From: Chrysomallon squamiferum | Lineage: Eukaryota > Animalia > Mollusca | Assembly: GCA_012295275.1 (NCBI GenBank) | Contig: CM022665.1 | Coordinates: 15,500,001 to 15,564,000, forward strand | DNA length: 64,000 bases | Reading direction: 5' to 3' | Shown here: in pieces, positions 43,689 through 57,958 of the stretch | How positions within the stretch are numbered: position 1 is the first letter of the stretch | How the letters are laid out: each line of letters starts with the position of its first letter | Position numbers and translations under genes: made by a program | The notes under the pieces: generated by a model | Databases searched by the model: none | What the model saw: the letters and a program-made list of their open reading frames with translations, nothing else | What the model was told of the DNA's origin: nothing

Positions 43689-46184
43689 TCCCTCGTAAAA
43701 TTCTATAAACATCTCTAGAGTTTGCAAGTACACTTAGAGGTGGGATACCATTTTGAAGTGCTTCGTTGCAAATCAGGCTCATAATAGACGGCTTCAACGT
43801 TTTTTCAAGCTGCATGCATCAGTCGCTCTGGCCGCATGCTGCAATGCCAGCACACGTGTTTATGCAATTAAAATAGACCAGAAAACGCAAACGAGCGAGC
43901 ATCTTGTTTTTAAATCTCTCGAGATATTTTACATTATCTATTTGTCATCCGTAATAAAACGCAAAACTGGCATGGTTTGGATGAAAAGAGTTTATTTTAC
44001 AATCTGTTGGTAAATAAGGTATTTTTAATACCAAATTTGATGTTTACTCCAGACAACATCGTGATCTTTTGATCAACGCAGTAAAGTTTAATATTTCATA
44101 TGAAAACTTTTTATCTGCAGTTTGACTCGGATTTCGATAAAACGCAGGCTGACAGCTAAGAATCGTTTATATGTAATACACTATGTCCTGTTTTTTTGCA
44201 AATTAACAACAGGTTACCAGATGGAAAAGTTTATCGCCTAACATTTGTAATGAGGCGTATCAAGACTTCAAATTTCAGTTGGTCCCATTATTTCAGATGT
44301 AGAATGATCTCCCTTTATTTAAACACCATTCACAGAAATATGCAACGACTGATTAAAAGAATAAATTTATTTATTTATTTATTTATTTACTTTCATTCAT
44401 GCTTAAACGTTTGTTTAAACACACCTTAACATCTCTTAACAGTTACGGTTATTATGTTTTCAAATGTAAAGTTTTCTGACATGTGGTAGTGGCTGCACTA
44501 AGGAATAATCCCAAAAGAAAAACACGTGGATGTATAGTGCAGGTTTAATCTTTAACTCCAAAAAAGGACTGTTAATCCTATGACCACACAACATTAATGG
44601 AAGAAAAAAAAAAATAATAATAATAATAAAATAAATAAAATGAATGAATAATTAAATAAAAAAGTAAATAAATAAATAAATAATAATTCAGAATTATTTC
44701 AGGGTTTAAAGTATGTATACGATCAATCTACATCTGTAATAATGTCTCTCCTGTTACAATGAAACCTAAATAATTTTGAAATGTATGAAACCACTGTATC
44801 TTACAGATGGCGCACCGCCTCACCCTCTTTTTAAGATGAAAATGCGACTGATTTGTGACAGTAGAAAAACACAGAGATTATAATCTTTTCTTTTTTATCT
44901 TTAGGGACAAAGAAAAAAGAAACATATAATAAATTGTATGAATGAGACAGCTGCTGAATCTATTTACAGAACAGAATTAGACTACATAAAGCAGAAACTT
45001 TCCCGTTGTTTAAAGTAACAGTTTCGTGTTATTGACAAAAAACACACCATTATATTTTCTTTGAAAACCTAGCGTTGGTGTATAGGAATTTCCAGTCGCG
45101 GGAAAACATACCGAAATAGATTCCATGTTTATTTATTTTTATTTTATGTCATACTGCATAATAAGGCAATCTCATGCTAAGATTTATGATGATAAATTAT
45201 TCATGCATAACTCGAGGCGGTTTTTTTGTTTGTTGTTCCTTGCCGTTCAGCCGTAGCATAATTCCAGTATTAATATGATCCACATTCCATACGTTTGGTT
45301 CAGAGAAAGTATGCAAAAGAAGATATTTGAAACTTGAATGTAATGATGAAAATATTAAAGTTTTTAATATAATGCATGAACTTGTGACATTTCCGAGCAA
45401 CACTGAACAACTTTTTATTGGTGAACTTGGGTATAATTTTTATGTATGAATGTGTGCATATATAATTATGTATATATATGAATGGGTGTTTGTGTGTGTG
45501 TGCGTGTGTGAAATAATTTAAAATACAATGAAAATATTTCCTGTAAATACCAGTTTTCTTTCTCCTGCTAAGCGTCTTGCCTGTATATCAGTTTATATCT
45601 AGTTACATTGAAAAATTAAGTCTGCTGAATTTTTATTTCAAAACTTATAAAACTGATTGCTAAGATGTTGAGATTTTTCTCTTCCGCAATTAGACATCAA
45701 ATCGGCAAAATGTTTACATCGGTAACACATCAAACTGTCAGCATTATCTGAATCCGGCTTTAGATCAATTAAACGAGATTGCCGTTTTCTTTCATAGGAT
45801 GTGAGCATCTGGATATATATTCTAAAACGGAAAACATAATCTCCTGGTATCTCAGGACGATTATTTTGAGGTAGAAGTTTCATCAAATGTACGCCTGAAG
45901 GTCAACGGTCGTCTGGAAAGTGATAACATTTATACGGAAGTTGTTCTCCAGGCGTAGAGAGCAGAGCCATAATTATTTTACTGCAACTGTAGACGACAGT
46001 GTCAAAAAATAAAAAAATAAAATAAAATAAAATAAAATAAAGGATGACTTTTTTTGGGGGGGGGGTTCATTTTCCATCTTTTTTATTACTTTTTGTGTGT
46101 GTGTGTGTGTGTGTTTCCACTGATGTTGCCTTTTTCGATTGATTTCTTTATTTCAGCTTCTGTGGTATCTTTCTTCTTTTTCTT

Positions 46185-46215
<31 letters not shown>

Positions 46216-47853
46216 ATTTTTTTTTTTTATTATTCTTTTTATTGTGTACACATGTTTGTTTTCCAAACCAAAGCATCCGCTATAGTTATTTCAGTTGAAT
46301 TCACGTTTACAGCCAACTTTCACATGCACCCATCCCTGCCTTGGTTATTACGAATCCGAGAAAACTAATACAGCCTATTTCATCCATGACTAATATTTAT
46401 GTACATGCACATGTATGTGGCTGATTGCGATAACATGTATTTATTTAATTCTTAGAACCATAATTTAGTTTAGTCTGCATTAAAACTTATCATGGAATGA
46501 CCATCTGTTTGATATGTCACAGTACCAAATGAGATGCAATCACAGAAGACAAGAATGCCAGTCTGCACAAATAATGAACATTCGTATAGTGTTTATCCAA
46601 GACATTAATTATTTCTTGAATTTTAGGAATTTCTTCCAATTGCTTCCGCTCTCAAACTAATTTGCCGTTAGCGAAGACTGTTTTTTCTTTCGTTCATTAT
46701 TGCTGTTCTACGTCATATTTCATTTTAATATACAATTTTTTCTCTCTCTTTTTATCATTTAAAACTTTCTCTTAATATTTTCTTTATCGTCTTGATAATT
46801 CTTTTCTCTCTTCTTCTTTTTCATCACTATCATATTGGTTTCTAATTTGTTTGTAGTAGTTTTCATCTTTTTTTGCTTCTCTTTCATTCTCAACATCATC
46901 ATCTTCTCGTTACTTTTCTATCTTTTTTTTCGTTTATTTATCATTTTCATCTTCTTGGTATTTATGAATTTTAGTTTCTTTCTTCTTTTTTCTAATAATC
47001 GTCTTCTTAATGTTTATGTCTTTTCTTCTGTTTCTCTTTTTCTTAATTTTAATCGTCATATTCTTCATATTTATTAGTTTACTTTTTTATTCTGTTGATC
47101 TTTTTTGCATTTGTATTCATTCATTTTCTTCGCTTTCTTCTTCATCGCATTCATATTCGTTCGTTTTCTTCTTTACCTCTTCTTCGTGTTCTTCGTATTT
47201 GTTAAGGTCAGAAAGTACAATATCGAAAAAAAAAAAAATTCTTATAAATTCTGCTGTCCCAGCGTTTACCTTTCAAACTAATAACCAAGCTTAATCTTCT
47301 TTGATCTGTTTGCTCTCACGGCACATAAATTCTCAAGTCTTGAACTTTGAGAAGCGTAATTTCGCAGAGGTTACCTATGATTAAAACAGTTATAATTAAT
47401 TGTAAGTACGAAATAATGGATTCAGTGTTGAATTTATCGCTAACATGTTTAACCTTCTTTCAAGTTTGACCGAACAGCCGATCTTAAGCTGAAATATTTG
47501 GCACGAAGGTACACAACTTGAGAGCCAGCAGTGTAAAACTACAGTAGATATCTTTTAACATATTGTAATTGAAAAATTGCATGAGATAATAATAACAATA
47601 ATAACAAGAACCGCTTAGTAATTTGAAAGTAATTTCATGTTAGTCTAAAACATAAAAAATGTAATTATTCAAGCGTTGTTTTCTGTGGGTTTTTTCATGG
47701 TGTTTAATCTTTTCTTTTTCTGTCTATCTTTCTTTCTTTTTTTTTCTTTTTCTTTTTCTGTTTTCTGCTTTTTGTTTTGTTTGTTTGTTTTCCGATTAGG
47801 TGGCCCGTTGCTAAGTTTGTTTGTTGGTTGTTGTTGGGGTTTATGGCGGAGAG

Positions 47854-47889
<36 letters not shown>

Positions 47890-47978
47890 AACAATAACAC
47901 CATCAACAACCAACATCTTTTGTATAACAAAAATAGACGCATAATGTAAGTAATAAGAAGCTAGAAACAAAATACACG

Positions 47979-48028
<50 letters not shown>

Positions 48029-48598
48029 AACAAAAAAAGGAATCGAAATAAAAATAAATATATGGAACATGTTTGTGATTTCATATGTAAGCTTAGACGT
48101 CTACAAATTCATGTTTGCATCCAGTGCACATACGAAATATATATACACATATGTACATATATTTAAACACATACATAAACACATATAATTACACAGGTTC
48201 ATATATATATATATATATATATATACACAGTGGCGCAGACACACATACATTAACACATCATTTCATCAGATACGCAAAACAAAAAAAGGGTAGAAACACG
48301 TCTTATCTTGTTTATGTTACCATGCCTGTGGTATTTGTCAGTACATTTTTTTTTTTCTTATAATAAATAAAGCCAGAGCAAGTGTGCATTACAGCCCCTA
48401 GACAACGTGACACGGACGTGGGAAACGTGTGCGATAAATGCTGGAAAATGCTGAGGCTTTTTCACGATAATGTTGCCTGAGTAACTCATATTCGCCGGAG
48501 TCAGAGCGACACAGAGGGGCGAAAAACGAAGTTATGTCTACCGTTCTCTTTTATATTTTCTTTCTGTCTTTGATAAAACCAACTCTATCTTCTTGCAG

Positions 48599-48672
48599 AG
48601 CCACGGTTATTGAAGATTCGGACAAATGGTACAAAGATGAAGATGGTCTGAAAACGGTGCTTTGTGAAGAAA
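48599..48672 (+). CDS. SPON1: spondin-1 coding exon C (end of Reeler; phase 2-1)
   Basis: tcttcttgcag| ... |gtgagt. Encodes (R)ATVIEDSDKWYKDEDGLKTVLCEE, which resembles spondin-1 'ASIVQ..YFQDEGSLTKKLCE'. Too short for the ORF track. Confidence 0.92.
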
Positions 48673-50650
48673 GTGAGTCCAATTCGATTATTTTGAAATG
48701 ACCTTTAAATTTTGTCTTGAATTTTTCAAAATGTTATTTTTTTTTTTTTTTTTTTTTTTATTATTGAAGAATGAAAGGAATTTGACTCAAGTGTTGGCTC
48801 ACTTGATGTAAGCTTTTGCTGAATTTGGTGGATTCATTTATTTTTACTTTCATTTTTTTATTTATTTATTTATTTATTTATTATTATTATTATTTTTTTT
48901 TTTTATTATTATTATTTTTTTTAATACAGTGTCAGTGATTAAAATCTATCAATGTAAAAATAAAGCTGATGAAAGTTTCTGTTTTGTTTTCAAATTTTAG
49001 ATTTTTGTCTGTATGTCTGTTTATTTAACCATATATTTTTTTGCAGAACTAATTTATTTAGTTATTTGGCTGTATTTTATTAGTAGTATTAGTAAGCACA
49101 GAAGAGGTATTAGTATTATTTATAATAATGGTAATGAAGTTGATTTATCTGAAAATATTATCATAAATTATTTTATCTCTGGTTACTATAGTTAAATGCT
49201 TTTAACCCTTTCTAGACGGCGGCCACAGTTGCGTTTTCATTTAAATATAGATGAAAATGGCCACACCCTTAATTGATTCAGTTGTCGTATTCCAGAAGTA
49301 AAAGTAATTTGTGTAAAATACATTTTAAACGCCCAAAAGATTAAGGTTATCACACTTAATAATATATTTTAGTTTATAAATTTAATTGAGTTATAACCCT
49401 AAATATTACTGACTGAACAGACAAAGGGGAAAAAAGATGATGCAATTTTGAAAAGACGCAGGATTTAGAATAATAAGTATGAAAATGCTATGAGGAGAAT
49501 AAGGAAAAACGTAGCATAGAGCAGTTAGATTAATTAACATTTGAAAACGATTTACTGTTTTATGATGATAATGATGATGACGATGATGATGATGATTATT
49601 ATTATTATTATTATTATTATACTTGTTTTCTTTTGTTATTGTTATTGAGAGTAGTAAGTGTATTATTAGTAGTATCAATAGATGCAGCATTAGCAGCATT
49701 AGCAATAGCAGAAGTAATAGCAATATCAACAGTAGCTGATTTAGCAGCAGTAGAGTAGTAGTAATTGTTGTAGTAGTAGAAGCAACATAAAGAAGGCACG
49801 TGTTTCTTCGAGAGAAACAATATTTGGTTGTAAATTGGTGCGTTTTAATCATAAATTAACACACTCTTTCAGTCAGTGTTTTTTCATCTGTTTATTTAAA
49901 ACCAGTCTCAGGTATATAGGAATTCTGGAGTACAATCTAAAAAGGATTTCACCACAGCGAAATGTTTGGATAACTTATTAATGGTATTTACATTTCTTCA
50001 AAAGCCCATAACATAAAATGACGCCTAGTGATTTTTGATCCTCTGAAATGTACCATCGACGATCGTTGAGACCTCTGTATTAAATACGAAATTTAACATT
50101 ACAAAATACATATTCAGACTGCTGATAACAAGTTTGTTAAATATTAATAGCGTATTTAAAAAAATATATATATAATAATAATAACATAAAAAAAAAAATC
50201 AAAACAAAAAAAATCAATATTTGCATTAATACAATTTTTACTTAAATGTTGACGGAATTATGAAAAGTCGCAGAAAATACAATCCGAAATCAGGGCGACC
50301 CTAAAAAATGTTACATCATATTCCGTTAATGGGCGCCTCCCCAAGCGGAAGAAATTTCACTCCATGAAGGGATGCAGCACATATATTACTAAATATTATT
50401 AACTTGAGATTTCATTAATACAGTAAATCGGTACATTAGCTGTATGTCTGAATTTTCGGGGCCAATAAAAATTACTATCTAATCGTCCTTCTAACCTATA
50501 TGCTGCCTTACGAGTCTTTAGATACAAGGATTTGTAATTTGATAGTCAAAAGGCTAGCACCGCAAACGAATATATTTTAAAGAGAAATAAAAATGTTTTA
50601 ACAGTTTTTTTATTCTTATTTCTTTTTTCTTTCATTTTTCTTTTTTTCTT

Positions 50651-50688
<38 letters not shown>

Positions 50689-51475
50689 AGATATGTTTAT
50701 AACTTTAGGTAAATAACATGGCTTTTTAAGATAATGTTGTTGTTTCAACTTAATTGTTTATTCCTTTGAATTCTTTTATTTTTTATTATGATTTATCACT
50801 GTATATTTTTGTTTGGATTATCATTTTAATTATTTATTGTATTTAAATTTTGCTAAGCATTGTTTAGTGATTTATATAATCAGCTCTACATCTGAAATAA
50901 TTAACACAGTGCATGACTACTATGCGTATTTCATAACATTATTTTCAAGATAGGGCTGTACAAATTAGCGTCAGCGGTCTATTGGGAAATAAAAATACGA
51001 AAAATAGAATTTACCTGAATGTGTTGCACATACCCTGTCACGAATATCAAAGTACGTGATAAACATACTGCTCATCTGTGATTTAAAAAAAATAATAATA
51101 ATAACTCAGCATAATTTTGTCATATCCCATTTCACATGCATAAAAAGATGATCAAAAACAACTTGGCTTTTATTGACAGATCGCGTGGAGTCTTTCACCC
51201 TCTGACAGACGCGGGTCTTGTCTAATTTCTAACAAAATCAAATAAACCTTTACGCAATGCAAATATTCACTGTTCAATGAAAGGTGGAGGGATTCCCATT
51301 TGTCGGGGTCTTATTCGTGATTAATAACAAGCGACGAAAGAAAGGCTTTTAAACCATATTTGTTATAATAAATACATTATATCAGCCTTAACATGTATTC
51401 AAGTGGTCCTAATAGTAACAATAATTTATAATATTACAGAAATTTTAATAGGATTAATTATTTGAATGAGAACCG

Positions 51476-51518
<43 letters not shown>

Positions 51519-51753
51519 TTTTTATTTTCTTCTTCCTGACTAATGTAACTATTTTATTGTCTGCCTATATAATTCATGGGACAGACGATATATTAGTTTG
51601 GAGAATTAGCTTTTTCTTAATGTGGATACTCAGTTTGTTGAAATTATTTAAACTGGCCTTAAAGTAATACAAATGAAAAAAGCTAATAAAAGTTTTTAAG
51701 ATTACAAAAATATAATAACTGTTAATGCGAAATGCAACACTTGCGGCCTGGCG

Positions 51754-51758
<5 letters not shown>

Positions 51759-51823
<65 letters not shown>
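51759..51823. repeat. (CT)n microsatellite
   Basis: Seen directly; lies about 80 bp upstream of exon D. Confidence 0.95.
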
Positions 51824-51827
<4 letters not shown>

Positions 51828-51905
51828 GTATTTGCAAACCTTTAAATTAAAAATTACATCTTAATAATAATAATAAAAATAATAATAATCGTTCTTTTCT
51901 TTCAG

Positions 51906-52058
51906 TGACACAACAAGACTCAGGAGATGTTGTGGCTGACAGTCCATCTCTCCTACAGGAAGACGAGTGTTGCGCATGCGGGCATGCTAAATATGTTCTT
52001 GAGTTCCAGGGTTTATGGTCTCGTCAAACCCATCCCAAAGATTTTCCATCAGGAGACA
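51906..52058 (+). CDS. SPON1: spondin-1 coding exon D (start of Spondin_N; phase 1-1)
   Basis: ttctttcag| ... |gtgagt. Encodes TQQDSGDVVADSPSLLQEDECCACGHAKYVLEFQGLWSRQTHPKDFPSGD. Confidence 0.95.
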
Positions 52059-52240
52059 GTGAGTAAAAATCGTATTTATTTATTTTATTTTATATTTTAT
52101 TATATTAAACAGTCTTTTTGTTTGAATTTATTTATTTATTTATTTATTTATTTATAAGTCTTCAACAAATTAAAATGGTTTTATTTTTAATTATATCAGC
52201 GAATCGCCAACAATGACACTATTATGATATCAATATCTTC

Positions 52241-52301
<61 letters not shown>

Positions 52302-52467
52302 TCTTACTAAATATATCATCCTGTTTCTTTCTTAAAAAAAGAAAGAAAGAAAGAAAGAAAAAGAAAAAGAAAAACGAAACAAAAAGAAAAAGAAAAAAGT
52401 ACTAAACATAACATCGTCATAATCATTATCGTCAACAGCATCATTATGATAATGCTTATTATTCTAG

Positions 52468-52619
52468 TCGCCTACTTGTTGCACTGGTCCAACGTTGTGG
52501 GTGCGACTCACAGCAACGACTACAGGATATGGGAGTACGGTCAGTACGCGACGCAAGCTATCAAAGAAGTGTGCGAATTCGGATCATCGAGAGCACTGCA
52601 GATTGATATGAAGAGAAAT
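52468..52619 (+). CDS. SPON1: spondin-1 coding exon E (Spondin_N; phase 1-0)
   Basis: attctag| ... |gtaagt. Encodes AYLLHWSNVVGATHSNDYRIWEYGQYATQAIKEVCEFGSSRALQIDMKRN. Confidence 0.95.
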
Positions 52620-52860
52620 GTAAGTTGACATTACTGGATCAGAAGTGGAGATTCGGTGCACAATACTCTCTCCTTTACACCTTTTTTTTTTTTTTTCCTC
52701 TATGCGTTTTATTTATTTATTTATTTATTTACGGGCACTGTTGTCGTTGTTTTTGTTGTTCTTCTTCTTGGGCTGTTGTTGTAGTTATCATTTTCATTAT
52801 AATTATTATTGTTATCATCATTTATTTATTTATTTATTATCATCATTATCATCAGAATTA

Positions 52861-52902
<42 letters not shown>

Positions 52903-52971
52903 TTTTATTTAAAGAAACAGTTTTGATTAACATCTTATGTTAGCAATTTTTAAACTTCATTTAAATAAAAG

Positions 52972-53008
<37 letters not shown>

Positions 53009-54978
53009 GCTTATACAAATAGAAAACTGGAAATCCAATTATCAAACTTTGCTTTGGTATGTCAATATTTGGTTCAAAGGTCATTAAAGGTTTACCTGTC
53101 TGCAGAAGATGTTTGCCATTCTTGTGGTAAATGCATGGCAAATAGCATGTGTATCAGATACTTGAGACATTGGTTAATTTGTGCATTTTCTGCCAAATTA
53201 CTTTCATTCAAAAGAAAGGAAGGAATTTTTCTATTTACCTTCTCTTGATAAATGACATTTGAAGTAGTGTGAAAAATCTCCCTTTTTTTTCTTTTTTTTT
53301 CCACTCATCTTCTTTTGCATCTTCATTCTTATTTTGAATTTGGTCGTAATTTTGTGCTTTTTATCTGCTGATATCTATTTTAGATGAAAATGATGTATCA
53401 CATGATGATCACAGCAATTAATGGAACCTTTTCTTCTTCATCAATTAAAGATCCAGAATATTAAATAACGTATTTCAGCCAATTTCCCAGAACTAATGTG
53501 TCAAATATTTTTTGCCATTTATGGGAAAGTGACTTTTTTTTATAAATAAAAACAGTCCATGATAATATTATGCTAATAATGGATTTCTTTTTTCAAATTA
53601 TTGTTGAAAAGTGATATGACTGATACCTAATAAGTGTTAATATAAACATGCATTATGGTGCCTATAAGCAAATGTTCACATGTACACTTTAATAATCCTG
53701 TATTAACTTTCCCTTGTTTGCAAAACTGCACACCCATTAACTTGCAATGGTTAAGAAAAGGTTCCGGCTTGAAAAAGCCAAACATTGAGAATGACTGATC
53801 TGTCAAAAGCTGTTATATATTTGTTCCTCTATGTTGGACAGTGCATATAAAAGATCCTTGGCTGCAGAAAGAGTAACTTAAGAAATTTTGGCTGTGCATG
53901 CAAATAATAATATGCTCATTTACATGCTCATGAATGTTATTTACTTTTTTTTCTTTCACTATTTAAATCTTTTTGACTATATATATTTTTTTTATATATA
54001 TAGTTTTAGCAGCACATATTTAAAGTTTTATCATTGCAGTTTTAAAAACTCATATTGTAGACCAGTGTTTTTCATAGTGTAATGACATAAAATAAATTTT
54101 ATAAAGCAAACTCCAGCATGTGCATGGAATTTGTGACAAATTATTACTGTAATTCAGTACCATATTTTTTTTCTTTGTGTGAAAATATTGTCTAAGTATG
54201 CAACATATTAAAAAGTAGTAAATGATTAACATGCTATTTTCTTTACAAATATTTCTAAACACTTCAAGTGGTGAAAAACAATTGTAAAACTATTTTCTAA
54301 ACAAACACTTCAAGATGTGCTAGGACATGTTGATTTCCAATGTTGTTTTATTGTTGGTGTGCTGTTTTGACAAATGTTACTGTCAGACTGACAATAGTGC
54401 CTGTCAGGTGCCTGACATCCTGTATGCATAGCATATGTGGATCTTTTTAATGTTCTGTTCTGTTTTTTTAATCTTGTCTTTTTTTCTTTTTTTTTAAATT
54501 TAACTACTGGTTTGTTTTTCTTCGGTTTTTATGAGGGGGATGTTGTTTGTTTGGCTTTTTTTTGTTGTTTTGTTTTTGAGAGGTATTTGGGTGGGGTTTT
54601 TTTTTTGGGGGGGGGTATGTTTTGTTGATAATTAGTTTCCAAACCAACTGATAAAGTATTTTTTCTTTGAATGTTTAAAATACTTAGAATGCTTGTAGAA
54701 ATGCAAACATAATGCTTAATGCTGTTATGAAGATTTTTTTTAGATTTGGAATTTATACATTTACTTTCTTTATTAATTTTATTTAATTTAATTTAATTTA
54801 ATTTTTAATTTTTAATTTTTTTTTATGATTATTGTTATTATTTTATGTGTATAATAATGACATTCTCATATTACAAGAGTCTTTTGCAGAATTTTATTCT
54901 TAATTTAACTTTTGTAAATTATCATTACAATATTAATTTTCAGACTTTTTTTCTTTTTTTCTTTTTTTCTCTCTGACT

Positions 54979-55023
<45 letters not shown>

Positions 55024-55245
55024 TCACTCATACACAGATACATTCTCACCCCACACACCTACATATCCCCAGACACACATCATAACAAACATAAACACAC
55101 ACCTTCGTATGCAGAATACAGACACACCTATGCATAAATATACACACACAACACAGTCACGCACACAAACAGAGCATTCTTTACTTACTATGTTATTATA
55201 CATGTTATTGCTGCATATATTGTTATTTTCTGTTGTTTTTCACAG

Positions 55246-55396
55246 AGTCAGAAAATCCGAACTGTTGTGAAGACAGCTTCACTCTGGGGACCAGACAAAA
55301 TTAGTCAGTCTGTTGATGCACTGTTCACTGTAAACAAAAAGAAACATCTGCTATCACTTCTAACCATGGTGGGACCCAGCCCTGACTGGTGCTTAG
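55246..55396 (+). CDS. SPON1: spondin-1 coding exon F (Spondin_N; phase 0-1)
   Basis: ttttcacag| ... g|gtctgt. Encodes SQKIRTVVKTASLWGPDKISQSVDALFTVNKKKHLLSLLTMVGPSPDWCL(G). Confidence 0.94.
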
Positions 55397-56468
55397 GTCT
55401 GTTCTTGCATTAACTGAGAATCAGGAATGACTGATGGAATGAGTGGATGAATGAATGAATGAATGAATAAACAAACACATGGATGAATAAATGAATCAGT
55501 AAATGATGAGACACAGCCCTCACAGTGAATGATTATTTGTTAAATGACAAACTAAATACATTTTCATGCAAATCTGTTTTTTTTTTAATTTTCAATTATG
55601 GTGATAGAGAGAAAACCTGCAACTATTTTAGTTTTTAAAAATCATTTTAATCCATTAAGTTATAAAGGTTAAGACTGCAGTCAGGTGTCAGTAAAATGAG
55701 AAAGTCAGCAGTTCCAGGTATTTGAGATAAAGAAATTAAAGAATAATTTATTTGTGTAAATGAATGATATTTCAAAGGCTCAGTTAATCTGTTTTCCATA
55801 AAACAAAGTTACCTGGCTTTGAGGAAATTTCATGGATAATTAATTTTTGCTGATAGAAGACTTAAAATAGTTTCTTTGTATGTGAAAAAGATAGATAATA
55901 GATAGAGAGGAAGAGTGGGCAGAGAGAGGGGGAAAGAGAAAAAGAGAGTTAATGTTTTTGTTTGTGTGTGTGCGTTTGTTTTTATGTGTGAATAGATGTG
56001 TGTGTGTGTGTGTGTATGTGTGTGTCTAAGTGAATGTGTGTGTGTGAGTAATTTGATGTTAATTAATTAAAGCAAATTTTCATATATAATAAAGAAAGTA
56101 CATTTTCTAGCCTTAACCAGTTAGAAACTGAACATTTAATTTCTACACAACACTTGTAATTTTTTTAAATTTTTTTTTGATGTCTGGTAATAATTCTTTA
56201 TTGTTATTAAATATTTATGAAATTTGAATAAATTTAATATTTTTATACTGTATAAAAATAATGTTTCATATGCTGATAACAATAAAGAATGTAGTTAGAC
56301 AAATGTTATGAATAATATTGTTGTTATATATATATATATATGTGTTAAAAATCTGTTTTATGATTAATTATTTCAATTATATTACTCTGCAGTATCTGGA
56401 TGAATGCTGTTGATTTCTTTTTAATTTAAAACATTTTTATTTATTAATTATCTTTTCTTTAATTTCAG

Positions 56469-56575
56469 GTGTCAGTGCATTTGATCTGTGTCAGAAAAAC
56501 TGCACTTGGCTTGATAAAATAGAAATTCCACTTTATCCTTTTGATGCAGGCACTGACAGTGGTGTTAGTTACATG
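56469..56575 (+). CDS. SPON1: spondin-1 coding exon G (Spondin_N; phase 1-0)
   Basis: aatttcag| ... |gtacaa. Encodes (G)VSAFDLCQKNCTWLDKIEIPLYPFDAGTDSGVSYM, including the conserved DAGTDSG motif. Confidence 0.95.
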
Positions 56576-57128
56576 GTACAAGTTTTCTCTTTTCATTAAT
56601 ACTTAAAGATAGTAATAGTAGTTATAGATAAAAATTGTTAACAAAGATAGTTATTATCTAAACATTTTTTAATATTTCGGTAGATTTTGACTGTTTAAAT
56701 TCATTTTAAAATCTTAAATCATGAAATTGTATGCTTTAAGGTGCATTATATGAATAATAATGAATACAATTTTATTTAAATAAACAAAAACAACAACCCC
56801 CCCCCAAAAAAATAACAAAAATATGAAATATGAAAATAAATAAATAAAAGAAAGGAAAATAAATTAACCAGAATTCAACTATGTTATTTTTCTGACATTA
56901 ACCACCAGTCTCGTGATAATTTTTATACATTAAACTCTCAAAGTGTTTTGAAATATTTTGAATGTGTATTTTTTTTTTTTTTTTTTTATTATACACATAG
57001 AATTTTTACACATTGAAACCAACAAATAATTTTTCATCCATTAATACTGCAAAATTATTATTATTATTTTTTTTTTTTTATATGTTTTTTTTTTTACTGT
57101 TTTAAACATCCTTTTCTCACCTTTTCAG

Positions 57129-57372
57129 TCAGCCAATCAGGAAACTAACCCACCTGAACGGATAACTGCCATCACCAACACCCACCCCAACAACCCAGAT
57201 TCACCATTCTATGGGCCAGAACCCATGAAACCACTGGCGATGTTGACCATCAGGAAAAGCAATGAGTGGTGTACTGGTGATGATGGAGACTCTGTGTCAG
57301 CAGAACTTTCCCCCAGTACAGATGAATTGGTCAGTATGATGAAGAAGAAGATGATGATGAAGAAAAGAATGG
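57129..57372 (+). CDS. SPON1: spondin-1 coding exon H (end of Spondin_N + Met/Lys linker; phase 0-1)
   Basis: ccttttcag| ... g|gtaagt. Encodes SANQETNPPERITAITNTHPNNPDSPFYGPEPMKPLAMLTIRKSNEWCTGDDGDSVSAELSPSTDELVSMMKKKMMMKKRM. Confidence 0.92.
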
Positions 57373-57958
57373 GTAAGTCATCAATGTATAGGAAAAAAAT
57401 GATGTTGGATAATTTGATTTTGTGTTATTGTTGAAGGAAATTAAGAAAATGAACGAATTTAGTCAAAATAACGTTGAAAAATGTGTTTTATAGACATTTT
57501 GAAAATGGTTGAAATACAGTTTGTATGAGAAATAGAAACTTTGTAGCAGTCTATACATGACTGGTTGTCTCAGATAAAAGAAAGAAGTAATAGTAATATC
57601 CAGATAGCTGAACCACTTACATACAAACATTTTTTAATTAAAAATTAAATTAAAATAGAATAGGGTTTAAATCAAGATTCAGTTAAAGGACCATTTTAAT
57701 CTACTGTTTAAAATCTTCTGCAGTTAGTAATGAAGTTTAAAATTGTTAAAGTGATCCAATTAAGCATGTTACTCTTACCAGACAAGTTAAAAAAAATTAC
57801 AGCTAATGAATAAAATTCAACATGTTACAGTTACTAGACCAAATTAAGCCTTTTACAGATAGTGTATCTGATCTTTTTTAAAAACTCTTTTCAGTTTATG
57901 GACTAATTAAATTCACTTTGAGCACTCACTTGATTTAAATGAATTTCAAACATTTCAG

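Noticed and set aside
45638-45886. 82-aa minus-strand ORF of ordinary composition
   Set aside because: No recognisable domain and no linked exons; indistinguishable from chance.
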